The position numbers were made by a program, and so were the translations under genes. Source: Patescibacteria group bacterium (GTDB lineage: Bacteria; Patescibacteriota; Microgenomatia; UBA10105; UBA927). Taken from it: DNA of 55,501 nt. Where the stretch lies: positions 1-55,501 of the forward strand of contig JAMCTH010000012.1 in assembly GCA_023379025.1 (NCBI GenBank), given 5' to 3'. Below, piece after piece: positions 36,985-45,091 of this stretch (its first letter is position 1; every line of letters starts with the position of its first letter). The notes beneath the pieces were generated by a model. The model searched no databases. It worked only from the letters and a program-made list of their open reading frames with translations, and was not told the origin of the DNA.

Positions 36985-38526
36985 GTGATGGAAGAAGAAT
37001 TTGATTTTACAAAATTGAAGTATGTCCTCTATGCTCGGAAATCCACAGATGATGTAGGAAGGCAACCAAAATCCATAGGTGATCAAATTGCCGAATGCAA
37101 GGAACTCGCAGCGAGAGAAGGACTTCATATTGTCGGTGATCCCCTCACAGAAACAAAATCTGCAAAAAGACCCAATCAACGACCCGTGTTCACACAAATG
37201 ATTAAAGATCTCAAAAAGGGCATCTATGACGGAATACTCTCATGGAACCCGGATCGGTTGGCTAGGAATATGAGAGAGGGCGGAGAAATCATTGACATGA
37301 TTGACGAAGGACAGATTAAGGATTTAAAGTTCGTCACCCATCATTTTTCAAAAGATGCAAACGGGAAAATGCTATTGGGGTTAGCGTTTGTTTTATCAAA
37401 GCAATACTCGGATAACCTTTCCCAAAACGTCAAACGTGGGGTCACTAGGAGACTGTCAGAGGGTAAATCGCCGACGCCGAAACATGGATACATAAAGGAC
37501 TCCGAAAGACTTTACCGACCAGATGGTAAAAACTTTGAACTAATATGTAATATTTGGGAATTAAGAGCAGAAGGAACTTCGTATGAAAACCTTGTAAAGT
37601 ATCTAAACGACAACAACTATGCGAGAACTACTAAACGCGGCAGAAGAATTGCAATTACTGGACAAATGCTTACTGATCTCTTTAAGGATCCATTTTATTA
37701 CGGTATTTTAGTTCAAAAGGATCAAAAAGTAGACTTACGATCTCTTTACAACTTTCAACCTGCAATTACGGAAGAGCTATATAATAAAGTGCAACAGCTC
37801 TCATACAGGAAAATATATTCCTCTAAAAAGCCTACTGCTGCATTTTATCCGCTAAAAAAGATGATAATATGTTCGTTTTGTGGCAGTAATATGTACGTCG
37901 GAGCTTCAACGGGAAGGTATCAGCGATACTTGAATGCAAGGTGCGGAAATGCATCTTGCCGTCGCAAGGACAAATCTATACGAATGAAGATTGTATTTGA
38001 CTTTATATATAAATTATTTGCTAAAGGATTAAACTTTACTGAGAAAGAATACGACAAATACTATGATAGCCTGTCAATGCTAACTGATAAAAAAAGACAA
38101 GAACTTACCATTGAGCTCCACAGCAAGCAGGCTATACTTAAAAAAGTAGATGCAGACCTGAATGAAAGAGCTTTAGGAATCGTAAAATTGAAGAAGGGCT
38201 CAGAGACGTGGAATATCAACGAACGGAAAATAAATAAACTAAGCAACCAAAAAATAGGTCTGCAAACTCAAATAGACAAGTTAAAGGAAAAAAATAGCAA
38301 TCCGGAAGCGGAGCAGCTAAATCTTGAGGATTTCTTGAACCTTTCAAAAAATGCTTCTGTAATAGTCCAATCGGCGAATGCGGTCGTAAAAGATCTAATT
38401 TGCCGAAAAATCTTTTTGAACCTTACTGTTGATAACGAGAAAGTATTGTCCTATCAAGCTAAAGAACCATTCGCTACCCTTCTAAAACAGAGGGGGCTGT
38501 TATCTTGTGCGGACGAGAGGACTTGA
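36985..38526 (+). CDS. large serine recombinase/integrase
   Basis: YARKS catalytic Ser, DRLARN, recombinase domain, CSFCG...C Zn ribbon, coiled coil. Confidence 0.92.
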   Translation: MMEEEFDFTKLKYVLYARKSTDDVGRQPKSIGDQIAECKELAAREGLHIVGDPLTETKSAKRPNQRPVFTQMIKDLKKGIYDGILSWNPDRLARNMREGGEIIDMIDEGQIKDLKFVTHHFSKDANGKMLLGLAFVLSKQYSDNLSQNVKRGVTRRLSEGKSPTPKHGYIKDSERLYRPDGKNFELICNIWELRAEGTSYENLVKYLNDNNYARTTKRGRRIAITGQMLTDLFKDPFYYGILVQKDQKVDLRSLYNFQPAITEELYNKVQQLSYRKIYSSKKPTAAFYPLKKMIICSFCGSNMYVGASTGRYQRYLNARCGNASCRRKDKSIRMKIVFDFIYKLFAKGLNFTEKEYDKYYDSLSMLTDKKRQELTIELHSKQAILKKVDADLNERALGIVKLKKGSETWNINERKINKLSNQKIGLQTQIDKLKEKNSNPEAEQLNLEDFLNLSKNASVIVQSANAVVKDLICRKIFLNLTVDNEKVLSYQAKEPFATLLKQRGLLSCADERT

Positions 38527-38589
38527 ACCTCCATGCCTTGCGGCACAGCCTCCTCAAGACTGCGCGTATACCAATTCCGCCACGTCCGC
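38508..38589 (-). tRNA. tRNA-Leu(GAG)
   Basis: cloverleaf GCGGACG/CGTCCGC, anticodon arm CAGTC-TT-GAG-GA-GGCTG, long variable arm. Confidence 0.95.
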
Positions 38590-38633
38590 ATGTAAAATTT
38601 GACAATAAAAATTTCTTCTTAGAAATTATTCTG

Positions 38634-38706
38634 TGCCGAGACTAGGAATTGCACCCAGATAACGTGTTTTTCAGACACGCGCCTTGACTACCTCGGCCAT
38701 CTCGGC
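38634..38706 (-). tRNA. tRNA-Phe(GAA)
   Basis: GCCGAGA/TCTCGGC acceptor, CGTGT-CT-GAA-AA-ACACG; T-loop TGCAATT. Confidence 0.92.
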
Positions 38707-38764
38707 AGACAGATATTACTCAAATAGCAATACAAACATCCTATTATAACGTATATTTCTTCTG

Positions 38765-38838
38765 TGGGCACGAAGAGACTCGGACTCCTGACCTCTTCTG
38801 TGTAAAAGAAGCGCTCTAACCGGCTGAGCTACGTGCCC
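38765..38838 (-). tRNA. tRNA-Val(TAC)
   Basis: GGGCACG/CGTGCCC, CTTCT-TT-TAC-AC-AGAAG; T-loop TCCGAGT. Confidence 0.92.
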
Positions 38839-38927
38839 GTCATCCGTATTTTAAATGAAATCCACGGGTAACTCAATGAATTATGTTGTCAAGCATACGT
38901 AAATTGGTTACAATACAAACTGTTCCT

Positions 38928-39002
38928 GCGGCGGTAGTTCACCGGTAGAATGTCTCCTTGCCAAGGAGAATGTAGCGGGTTCAATTCCCGTCCGCCGCTC
39001 CA
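38928..39002 (+). tRNA. tRNA-Gly(GCC)
   Basis: GCGGCGG/CCGCCGC, TCTCC-TT-GCC-AA-GGAGA, encoded CCA. Confidence 0.95.
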
Positions 39003-39056
39003 GACGGGATAGCCTGGTTATCAAAGTGGTGAATGAATTGATATAACGGGCTAATC
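39003..39056 (+). repeat. 54-nt palindromic trailer, copy 1
   Basis: 53/54 identical to the reverse complement of 47519-47572. Confidence 0.9.
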
Positions 39057-39250
39057 TTCCAATTTGACCTAAGTAACATATTACAAACGGATTTAGCCTC
39101 AATTGAGATTTCAGGAAGACGGGAATTGAATCCAAGGGAAAAATAAACTTTTTAACCGGGCTTGAAATTGTTCTTTTGTTGAAATATCCACTAAATAAGT
39201 ATATTTCATATGGTATTGACAAGTTTGATCATCTTTGATAACATATAGTC

Positions 39251-39523
39251 ATGTTAAACACATCTTTAGAGCCCACAAGAGCATATACTCCCGATCAGGT
39301 TGCTCAAATGCTGCAACTCTCTAAAAACACAGTTTATGAACTCATTAACCGGGGAGAAATTGTGGCCAAAAAAATCGGCAAAGTGTATCGGATACCGGCA
39401 GCTTCCATCGCCTTTATCTTTACCGGCCTTGATTATGACCTCTATCAGATGGATCAAGAAGACCGAAAATATCTTCCTCAGATCGAGAAGACGCTGAACG
39501 AGGTACGTTCTGAAATAAAATAG
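39251..39523 (+). CDS. excisionase-like (HTH_17) DNA-binding protein, putative antitoxin
   Basis: YTPDQVAQMLQLSKNTVYELI.RGEI.A.KIG..YRI; TTGACA-17-TAACAT promoter, leaderless. Confidence 0.85.
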   Translation: MLNTSLEPTRAYTPDQVAQMLQLSKNTVYELINRGEIVAKKIGKVYRIPAASIAFIFTGLDYDLYQMDQEDRKYLPQIEKTLNEVRSEIK

Positions 39524-39527
39524 ACGT

Positions 39528-39950
39528 ATGAACGTGTATGTTGATTCTGATGTTGTAATTTCATCCTTATTTTCCGGAACAGGAGCAGCATATTACCTTC
39601 TCAACAAGAGTTCGATAACTCCCGTAATTTCCTCTCTTTCAGTTCAAGAACTGAAGAATGTAATCTCACGCCTGAATATAGATCAGAACAGGCTCCTGGA
39701 GCTGACTAAAAAACATCTGAAACTCGTGGAGTTAAAACAGCGTATCGCGTCTTTGAAAACGAAATACTCTCCGTACGTGTTCGATGTTAATGACGGACAT
39801 ATTGTGGCAGGAGCCCAAAAGGAGAAAGTTAGTTTTCTTCTGACATATAATTTAAAACATTATAAAATTGCGAAAATTAAAGACGATCTCAATATTCAGG
39901 TCATTACTCCCGCACTTTTTCTTCAATATCTCCGAAGTTTGGAAAAATAA
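39528..39950 (+). CDS. PIN-domain protein, putative toxin
   Basis: VYVDSDV, E, D.ND.HI, LLTYN.KH. Confidence 0.85.
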   Translation: MNVYVDSDVVISSLFSGTGAAYYLLNKSSITPVISSLSVQELKNVISRLNIDQNRLLELTKKHLKLVELKQRIASLKTKYSPYVFDVNDGHIVAGAQKEKVSFLLTYNLKHYKIAKIKDDLNIQVITPALFLQYLRSLEK

Positions 39951-40017
39951 CGTCGCAAGACTCACTTTTATACTCATCGCCTTGATTAAGCCTCCATCAA
40001 GCTGTTAAAATGAGATA

Positions 40018-40160
40018 GGAGTTCGGGCAGGAGCGGTCTAAATATTTGTCCGCCTCCCGCTCGTAAACAGAGAACCGACAGGTGTTGATCATAGCCCTGG
40101 CAGGCAGCACAGGAGAAGGTACGTAGTATACGATGTGTAGCCGTAAGGCTATGATTTTTT
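40018..40160 (+). ncRNA. candidate structured RNA upstream of tRNA-Gln
   Basis: TTGATT-18-TAAAAT promoter, hairpin 40024-40063, ATCATAGCC/GGCTATGAT stem then T-run. Confidence 0.4.
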
Positions 40161-40163
40161 GTA

Positions 40164-40234
40164 TGCGGGATCGTCCAATGGTAGGACACAGGACTTTGGA
40201 TCCTGGTATCTAGGTTCGAATCCTAGTCCCGCAG
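40164..40234 (+). tRNA. tRNA-Gln(TTG)
   Basis: TGCGGGA/TCCCGCA, CAGGA-CT-TTG-GA-TCCTG. Confidence 0.95.
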
Positions 40235-40282
40235 CATATCTAACCATACAAATGAATGGTAATATTTATCTAAAATAATTTT

Positions 40283-40573
40283 ATGTCAAGAGAACAGTTA
40301 GCCAAAAAAATATACTGGACAAAAATAATTTGGATAGTAAGTATTATAAATCCGTTGATGACATTGCCTCAGTTTCTGCAGGTATGGCAAACTCATGAAA
40401 CGGCAGGCCTCTCGTTGGCTTTTCTTTTTATTCTTTTATTCGTTCAAACGGGGTTTTCGACACACGGATTCTTTACTAGAGATAAATTTATTATGGGAAG
40501 TAATGGATTAGCTGCCCTTATGACACTTCTTACAATACTTTCAACTTTATATTTTCGCAGTACTATTTCCTAA
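40283..40573 (+). CDS. SemiSWEET/PQ-loop family small transporter
   Basis: three TM helices, LPQ...W.T..T.GLS motif. Confidence 0.75.
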   Translation: MSREQLAKKIYWTKIIWIVSIINPLMTLPQFLQVWQTHETAGLSLAFLFILLFVQTGFSTHGFFTRDKFIMGSNGLAALMTLLTILSTLYFRSTIS

Positions 40574-40660
40574 ACTAACTTGTATCTAGTCCACCTGGTC
40601 TCCATTCCAACCTCTGAATATCGAAAAGTCATAAATATTTTGTTTCATGTAATCGGGCTT

Positions 40661-42085
40661 CTATAGCGGCTGGTAGCGGCTTCTCTCGCTCAGGAGTTTC
40701 TCGTAGTCTGTCCCGAGGAGGATGTCAACCGTATACTGCTGCCCCGAAATGTTCTCTCCATAGGTGACGATGCCGACGCCGAACATCGACTGCAGCATAT
40801 CGATATCCGCTTTTCCGATGGATCTGTCGTAGACCGTGATCGACGTCTTCGTGGTCGATGTCGCCGGTGCATTTCCCGTGGTTACCGAGGTATATCCCGC
40901 ATCCGTAAGTTTTCCGAGTGCTTCCTGAGCCAGGCCCTGTACGGGCGTCCCGTTTCGTACACGGATGAGGGGTGCTTTACCGGGGAGGGCCCCGAAGCTA
41001 TCAGCAATCCAGGTATGGACAGGGGTCCATGCATCGGTTCCGTTTTCGGGGATAAGCACCGCCTGTCCGTCCGAAGCCGTCCGGTCGGCCAGGAAATTGC
41101 CGTCCGTTAAAGCCATGGTGTGTACGGCATAGGTATTTAGCTCCGCGGACTTCTGTATGAGGGTCTGAAGATCCCCGGCCGTCATATCGGTACTGAAGTC
41201 GCGGGAAAGAGAATCAACAAAAGGGATGATTTTCGGTATAAACCCGATCGAAAAAATCTTCTCGCGTACCGCAAGGATGAGGTTTCTCTGCCGCTTTGCG
41301 CGTCCGAAATCCGTGCCGTCCTGTACTGAATGTCGGGACCGTACATACGCCAGAGCTGTGGCTCCGTCCATATGCTGGAGACCCGCGTCAAAATGCAGGT
41401 GCTCATAGCGGCAGGGGAATACGAGCTCTGCCGCCGTGGTCGCTTCTTCGGCCACAAGTGACGGCAATTCCTCCTGGGTATGGCCGCAGAGGTCATCTTC
41501 CTTGCCGGCGACGGGGTATTCGTAATCATCAAATGTTTTTTCTACGTTGATGTCCACGCCTCCCAGGGTATTGATGGTCTGTTCGAATCCGGAAAAATCA
41601 AGCGCCACGTAGTACTGGATCGGTTCGCCTATGACCTGGCCCACCGCCCAGCGCGCCAGTCTTCCGGCTGCTCCGGTCCCGGTATATTCTTTCGGTTTGT
41701 CGGGATAATCGGCGTCATCAAGACCTATGGCATAAGCCGCGTTCAGTTTCCAGTATTTGCCGCCGTTTCCGTTACTCGGCAGTTTTATCCATATGTCCCT
41801 CGGAACGGACAGAAGGGACACGACTTTGAGGTTGGAATCGATATGGGCCACAAGTATCGAATCGGTCAGATACGCGCCGTCGTGATTTCCGCCGCCATAA
41901 CCGAGGAGCAGGATATTCAGGGGCTTTTTGTTCATGAGGTAGTCGGCAACACGTGTCAGACTGGGTTCGCTGACACCCGATACCGGTATGAAAATGCGCT
42001 GCGTTACGTTTCTGAGCCAGAAATACGGCACACCGATACAGAGGACAAAAAGAAGAACTAGCAGAAATATTTTCTTCATGTGCAT
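40661..42085 (-). CDS. LCP (LytR-CpsA-Psr) family protein with LytR C-terminal domain
   Basis: LTDSI, SVPRD, YVRSRH, DFGRAKRQ, VRNGT..GLA. Confidence 0.93.
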   Translation of the reverse strand: MHMKKIFLLVLLFVLCIGVPYFWLRNVTQRIFIPVSGVSEPSLTRVADYLMNKKPLNILLLGYGGGNHDGAYLTDSILVAHIDSNLKVVSLLSVPRDIWIKLPSNGNGGKYWKLNAAYAIGLDDADYPDKPKEYTGTGAAGRLARWAVGQVIGEPIQYYVALDFSGFEQTINTLGGVDINVEKTFDDYEYPVAGKEDDLCGHTQEELPSLVAEEATTAAELVFPCRYEHLHFDAGLQHMDGATALAYVRSRHSVQDGTDFGRAKRQRNLILAVREKIFSIGFIPKIIPFVDSLSRDFSTDMTAGDLQTLIQKSAELNTYAVHTMALTDGNFLADRTASDGQAVLIPENGTDAWTPVHTWIADSFGALPGKAPLIRVRNGTPVQGLAQEALGKLTDAGYTSVTTGNAPATSTTKTSITVYDRSIGKADIDMLQSMFGVGIVTYGENISGQQYTVDILLGTDYEKLLSERSRYQPL

Positions 42086-42130
42086 CTCACGAGTGTATCA
42101 AAAATCGGGAACGTTTAGTATAATGCAGCT

Positions 42131-42292
42131 ATGATTGTTCAGGCTCTTATTATACTCTTTCTCGGTATCGTTGTCGGACTTATCGCCCTGCTTACCGGTG
42201 TGGTCGGCCGGCTCTGGCTTCTCCTGTTTAAAAAAGAACTGTCGCTCCCGTTCGGCGGGAAAAACGATGCTCCGTCGGAAACCGACAGATAA
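42131..42292 (+). CDS. 53-aa single-pass membrane protein, below the ORF-track cut-off
   Basis: MIVQALIILFLGIVVGLIALLTGVVGRLWLLLFKKE...; TATAAT 6 nt upstream; ends 6 nt before tgt. Confidence 0.6.
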   Translation: MIVQALIILFLGIVVGLIALLTGVVGRLWLLLFKKELSLPFGGKNDAPSETDR

Positions 42293-42298
42293 CCCGCG

Positions 42299-43513
42299 AT
42301 GCAACCGACGTTTGAACTCTCGTCTACTTCCCGGGAATGCAGTGCGCGGACAGGAGTTCTCCGCACGGCACACGGCAGTATAGAAACACCCTGTTTCGTC
42401 CCGGTCGGGACACAGGCCAGCCTTAAATCGCTCTCGTCAGAAGAAATCAGGGCTTCCGGGACCCAGCTTCTGTTTGTCAACACCTACCACCTCCATCTTC
42501 GGCCCGGTGAAGAGACCATTAAGGCGCTCGGGGGCGTCCACACCTTCATGCACCACGACGGTCCGCTCATCAGTGACAGCGGGGGATTTCAGGCATTTTC
42601 GCTGGGACTTGGTCTCGAGCACGGAGTCGGGAAAATCGCCGATATCTTTCCGGATGAAGAGAAACGGACCATAAATTTTGCCAAAACCGCAAAATCACTG
42701 GTGCATGTCGACCCCGACGGCGTCACGTTCCGCTCACATGTGGACGGCAGGAAGCTCAGGCTTACCCCCGAGTCATCCATCCGCATACAGGAAGCGCTCG
42801 GAACGGATATCGCGCTTGCCCTGGACGAGTGCACCTCGCCGCTCTCTCCGAAATCCTACGTACGGGAAGCGCTCCTTCGTACGACACGCTGGGCCGGGCG
42901 TTCGCTCGAGGCCCACAAAAGTAAACGTCAGCTCCTCTTCGGCATCATCCAGGGCGGGCATTACCGGGACCTCCGGGAGAAAGCGTGCCGTACGATCGGC
43001 TCACTCCCGTTTGACGGATTTGCCGTGGGCGGCGATTTCGGGAGAAGTAAGCGCGAAATGGTCCGGATAACGGCGCTGGTTATGAACAGTATTCCCCGGG
43101 ATAAACCGCGTCATATTCTGGGTATAGGCGAGATAGACGACATCTTCCGTATTGTCGAAAACGGCGCGGACAGTTTCGACTGTGTCATGCCGTCGCGGCT
43201 CGGCAGGATGGGACATATACTGCACAAATCAAAAATCAAAGATCAAAGATCAACAATATCGTTTACATACGATATCACGAAAAAAGTCTTCAGTAAGGAT
43301 AGTAAACCATTGGATGAAGCGTGTTTGTGCTGGGTCTGTCAAACGTATAGCCGCGCATACATGCATCACCTGTTTCGGACCCGAGAACTTCTGGGATACA
43401 GGCTCGCAACGTATCATAATGTCTCGTTTCTCAATACGCTGGTCGGAGATATCCGCCGTGCCATCAGAAACAATTCGTTCATAAAACTCCGAAATTCCTG
43501 GCTTGACAGCTGA
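42299..43513 (+). CDS. tgt: tRNA-guanine transglycosylase
   Basis: NTYHL, DSGGFQ, GIIQGG, DSFDCV, C.C..C...H Zn site. Confidence 0.95.
   Translation: MQPTFELSSTSRECSARTGVLRTAHGSIETPCFVPVGTQASLKSLSSEEIRASGTQLLFVNTYHLHLRPGEETIKALGGVHTFMHHDGPLISDSGGFQAFSLGLGLEHGVGKIADIFPDEEKRTINFAKTAKSLVHVDPDGVTFRSHVDGRKLRLTPESSIRIQEALGTDIALALDECTSPLSPKSYVREALLRTTRWAGRSLEAHKSKRQLLFGIIQGGHYRDLREKACRTIGSLPFDGFAVGGDFGRSKREMVRITALVMNSIPRDKPRHILGIGEIDDIFRIVENGADSFDCVMPSRLGRMGHILHKSKIKDQRSTISFTYDITKKVFSKDSKPLDEACLCWVCQTYSRAYMHHLFRTRELLGYRLATYHNVSFLNTLVGDIRRAIRNNSFIKLRNSWLDS
43224..43258 (+). repeat. five degenerate 7-nt tandem repeats inside tgt
   Basis: ACAAATC AAAAATC AAAGATC AAAGATC AACAATA. Confidence 0.75.
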
Positions 43514-43578
43514 TGGCGGAGTGAGTAGGGTAGTACTGTTTATCCCGTTTGAAATCCCCTGCCCGCACAAAACCATCA

Positions 43579-44178
43579 ATGCAACTTAGTGAAGCATTTA
43601 GGGGTTATTCTATTCAAGAAGGATCGGTATCCGATGGAATACCGTGGGATGAATTAGATAGACTGGTATCTACTGGATTCACGCAGGGAGAAGTCATAAC
43701 CAAATCCGGGCACACACTTTCTTTTGACGTAGCTCCATACTCTGTAAGACTGACGGATGCCGAAAGCAGTGACTATCTGATGGAAGGGGACATTGAACCA
43801 GAAAGCGGTGTTGCTCAATTTCATTTGTATACACGTTCACCGGCAGATTCTGTACACGATATCCCGAAGTATCACCCTGATTTTCATGCAGAATCATTTG
43901 TTGGAATAGTACTGCTGTATTTTGAATGTCAGGGATATCCTGTCTCTCGTATACATTCCCGGTGGGACGCCTGGGGATCCGGACATTTCGGAACACAATC
44001 AAACTATGCTGCCTTCCGTCGTGGTCTCATAAATACCAGTGATATTGTATCTATCGCACGTTCTACACCATCGGGTATGCTTTATAATCGTTTTGGATTT
44101 ACCGTCAACTCACGGGACCAAATATCGATAAGTTCTGATTGGAGCACTATTGAGGTATTGTTTGAAAAAGAGATGTAA
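43579..44178 (+). CDS. hypothetical protein
   Basis: ~200-aa ORF of lower GC converging on tRNA-Leu(CAG). Confidence 0.65.
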   Translation: MQLSEAFRGYSIQEGSVSDGIPWDELDRLVSTGFTQGEVITKSGHTLSFDVAPYSVRLTDAESSDYLMEGDIEPESGVAQFHLYTRSPADSVHDIPKYHPDFHAESFVGIVLLYFECQGYPVSRIHSRWDAWGSGHFGTQSNYAAFRRGLINTSDIVSIARSTPSGMLYNRFGFTVNSRDQISISSDWSTIEVLFEKEM

Positions 44179-44250
44179 TTTTATCAATAACCAAATTCAG
44201 CAACTCGTATTGTTCTGTATCTTCACGTAATATTTTATACACACGTTCTG

Positions 44251-44334
44251 TGCCGCAGAGAGGACTCGAACCTCCACGCCGTTACCGGCACACGCTCCTG
44301 AAGCGTGCCTGTATACCAATTTCAGCACTGCGGC
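44251..44334 (-). tRNA. tRNA-Leu(CAG)
   Basis: GCCGCAG/CTGCGGC, CACGC-TT-CAG-GA-GCGTG, variable arm. Confidence 0.95.
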
Positions 44335-44390
44335 GATACATCCGTATTGTAACAGCCTTTTTCATGGCTTTCCATCGCCTAATATACCTA

Positions 44391-44912
44391 ATGAAGTTTG
44401 GATTTCAATACTACCATTTAGTATCATGGGACTATGGCGCGAAGAAAAAATGGACAGAAGAAGATTTACGTCGTGCCACAGCACATGCAAGAAGCATACG
44501 ACAAATTCTTCATGAATTACATCTGGTTGAAGCCGGGGGGAACTACGCACAAGTGCAAAAATATCTTCAATATTATAAAATTGATACGGGTCACCTGAAA
44601 GGAAGAGGCTGGAATAAGGGTTTGAAGGGAATTGGAATGCCGCACATCCCATTACAATCAATACTTGTTACAAAAAGCACATTTCAAAGTTATAAGCTTA
44701 AAAAACGCCTGTTTCATGCCGGAATTAAACAACAAAAGTGCGAAATATGCGGCTGGTCAAAAAAATCATCTGACGGGAGAATTCCTCTTGAATTGGATCA
44801 TATAAATGGTGATCGGACGGATAATACCTTAATAAATCTTCGGGTACTTTGTCCAAACTGCCATAGTTTACAACCAACTCATAGAGGAAAAAACAGACAG
44901 AAACGACTGTGA
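44391..44912 (+). CDS. free-standing HNH endonuclease (start uncertain)
   Basis: CEICG...LELDHINGD.TDN...NLRVLCPNCH. Confidence 0.85.
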   Translation: MKFGFQYYHLVSWDYGAKKKWTEEDLRRATAHARSIRQILHELHLVEAGGNYAQVQKYLQYYKIDTGHLKGRGWNKGLKGIGMPHIPLQSILVTKSTFQSYKLKKRLFHAGIKQQKCEICGWSKKSSDGRIPLELDHINGDRTDNTLINLRVLCPNCHSLQPTHRGKNRQKRL

Positions 44913-44919
44913 TACTGCA

Positions 44920-45005
44920 GGGCGAGTGCTGGAACTGGCAGACAGGCAACACTTAAAATGTTGTGGTGAGAAATCACCGTGTGGGTTCGACTCCCACCCC
45001 GCCCA
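44920..45005 (+). tRNA. tRNA-Leu(TAA)
   Basis: CAACA-CT-TAA-AA-TGTTG, variable arm, GTGGG-TTCGACT-CCCAC. Confidence 0.92.
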
Positions 45006-45091
45006 CTGAACAATTTCTAAAAGAAAGTTTTTGTCTAAACACACGAGTACAATTGCATCGGGTTTATCCGAAAATTTTCTGCAAAGAAGCC

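Larger units (their letters stand above)
32990..38526. mobile_element. integrated island at the 3' end of tRNA-Leu(GAG) with a large serine recombinase; left boundary approximate
   Basis: drop in GC after ~32990, non-core genes, recombinase running into the tRNA; no att direct repeat found by eye. Confidence 0.65.

Noticed and set aside
39003-39056. Integron attC identity for the tRNA-Gly trailer
   Set aside because: GTT lies 5' and AAC 3', opposite to RYYYAAC...GTTRRRY; no integron integrase in the window
38908-39222. ORFs overlapping tRNAs (also 39986-40189, 45064-45440, 45966-46157)
   Set aside because: Translations of tRNA or structured-RNA sequence
40018-40160. SRP RNA or 6S RNA
   Set aside because: No SRP domain IV motif; no single long rod with a central bubble
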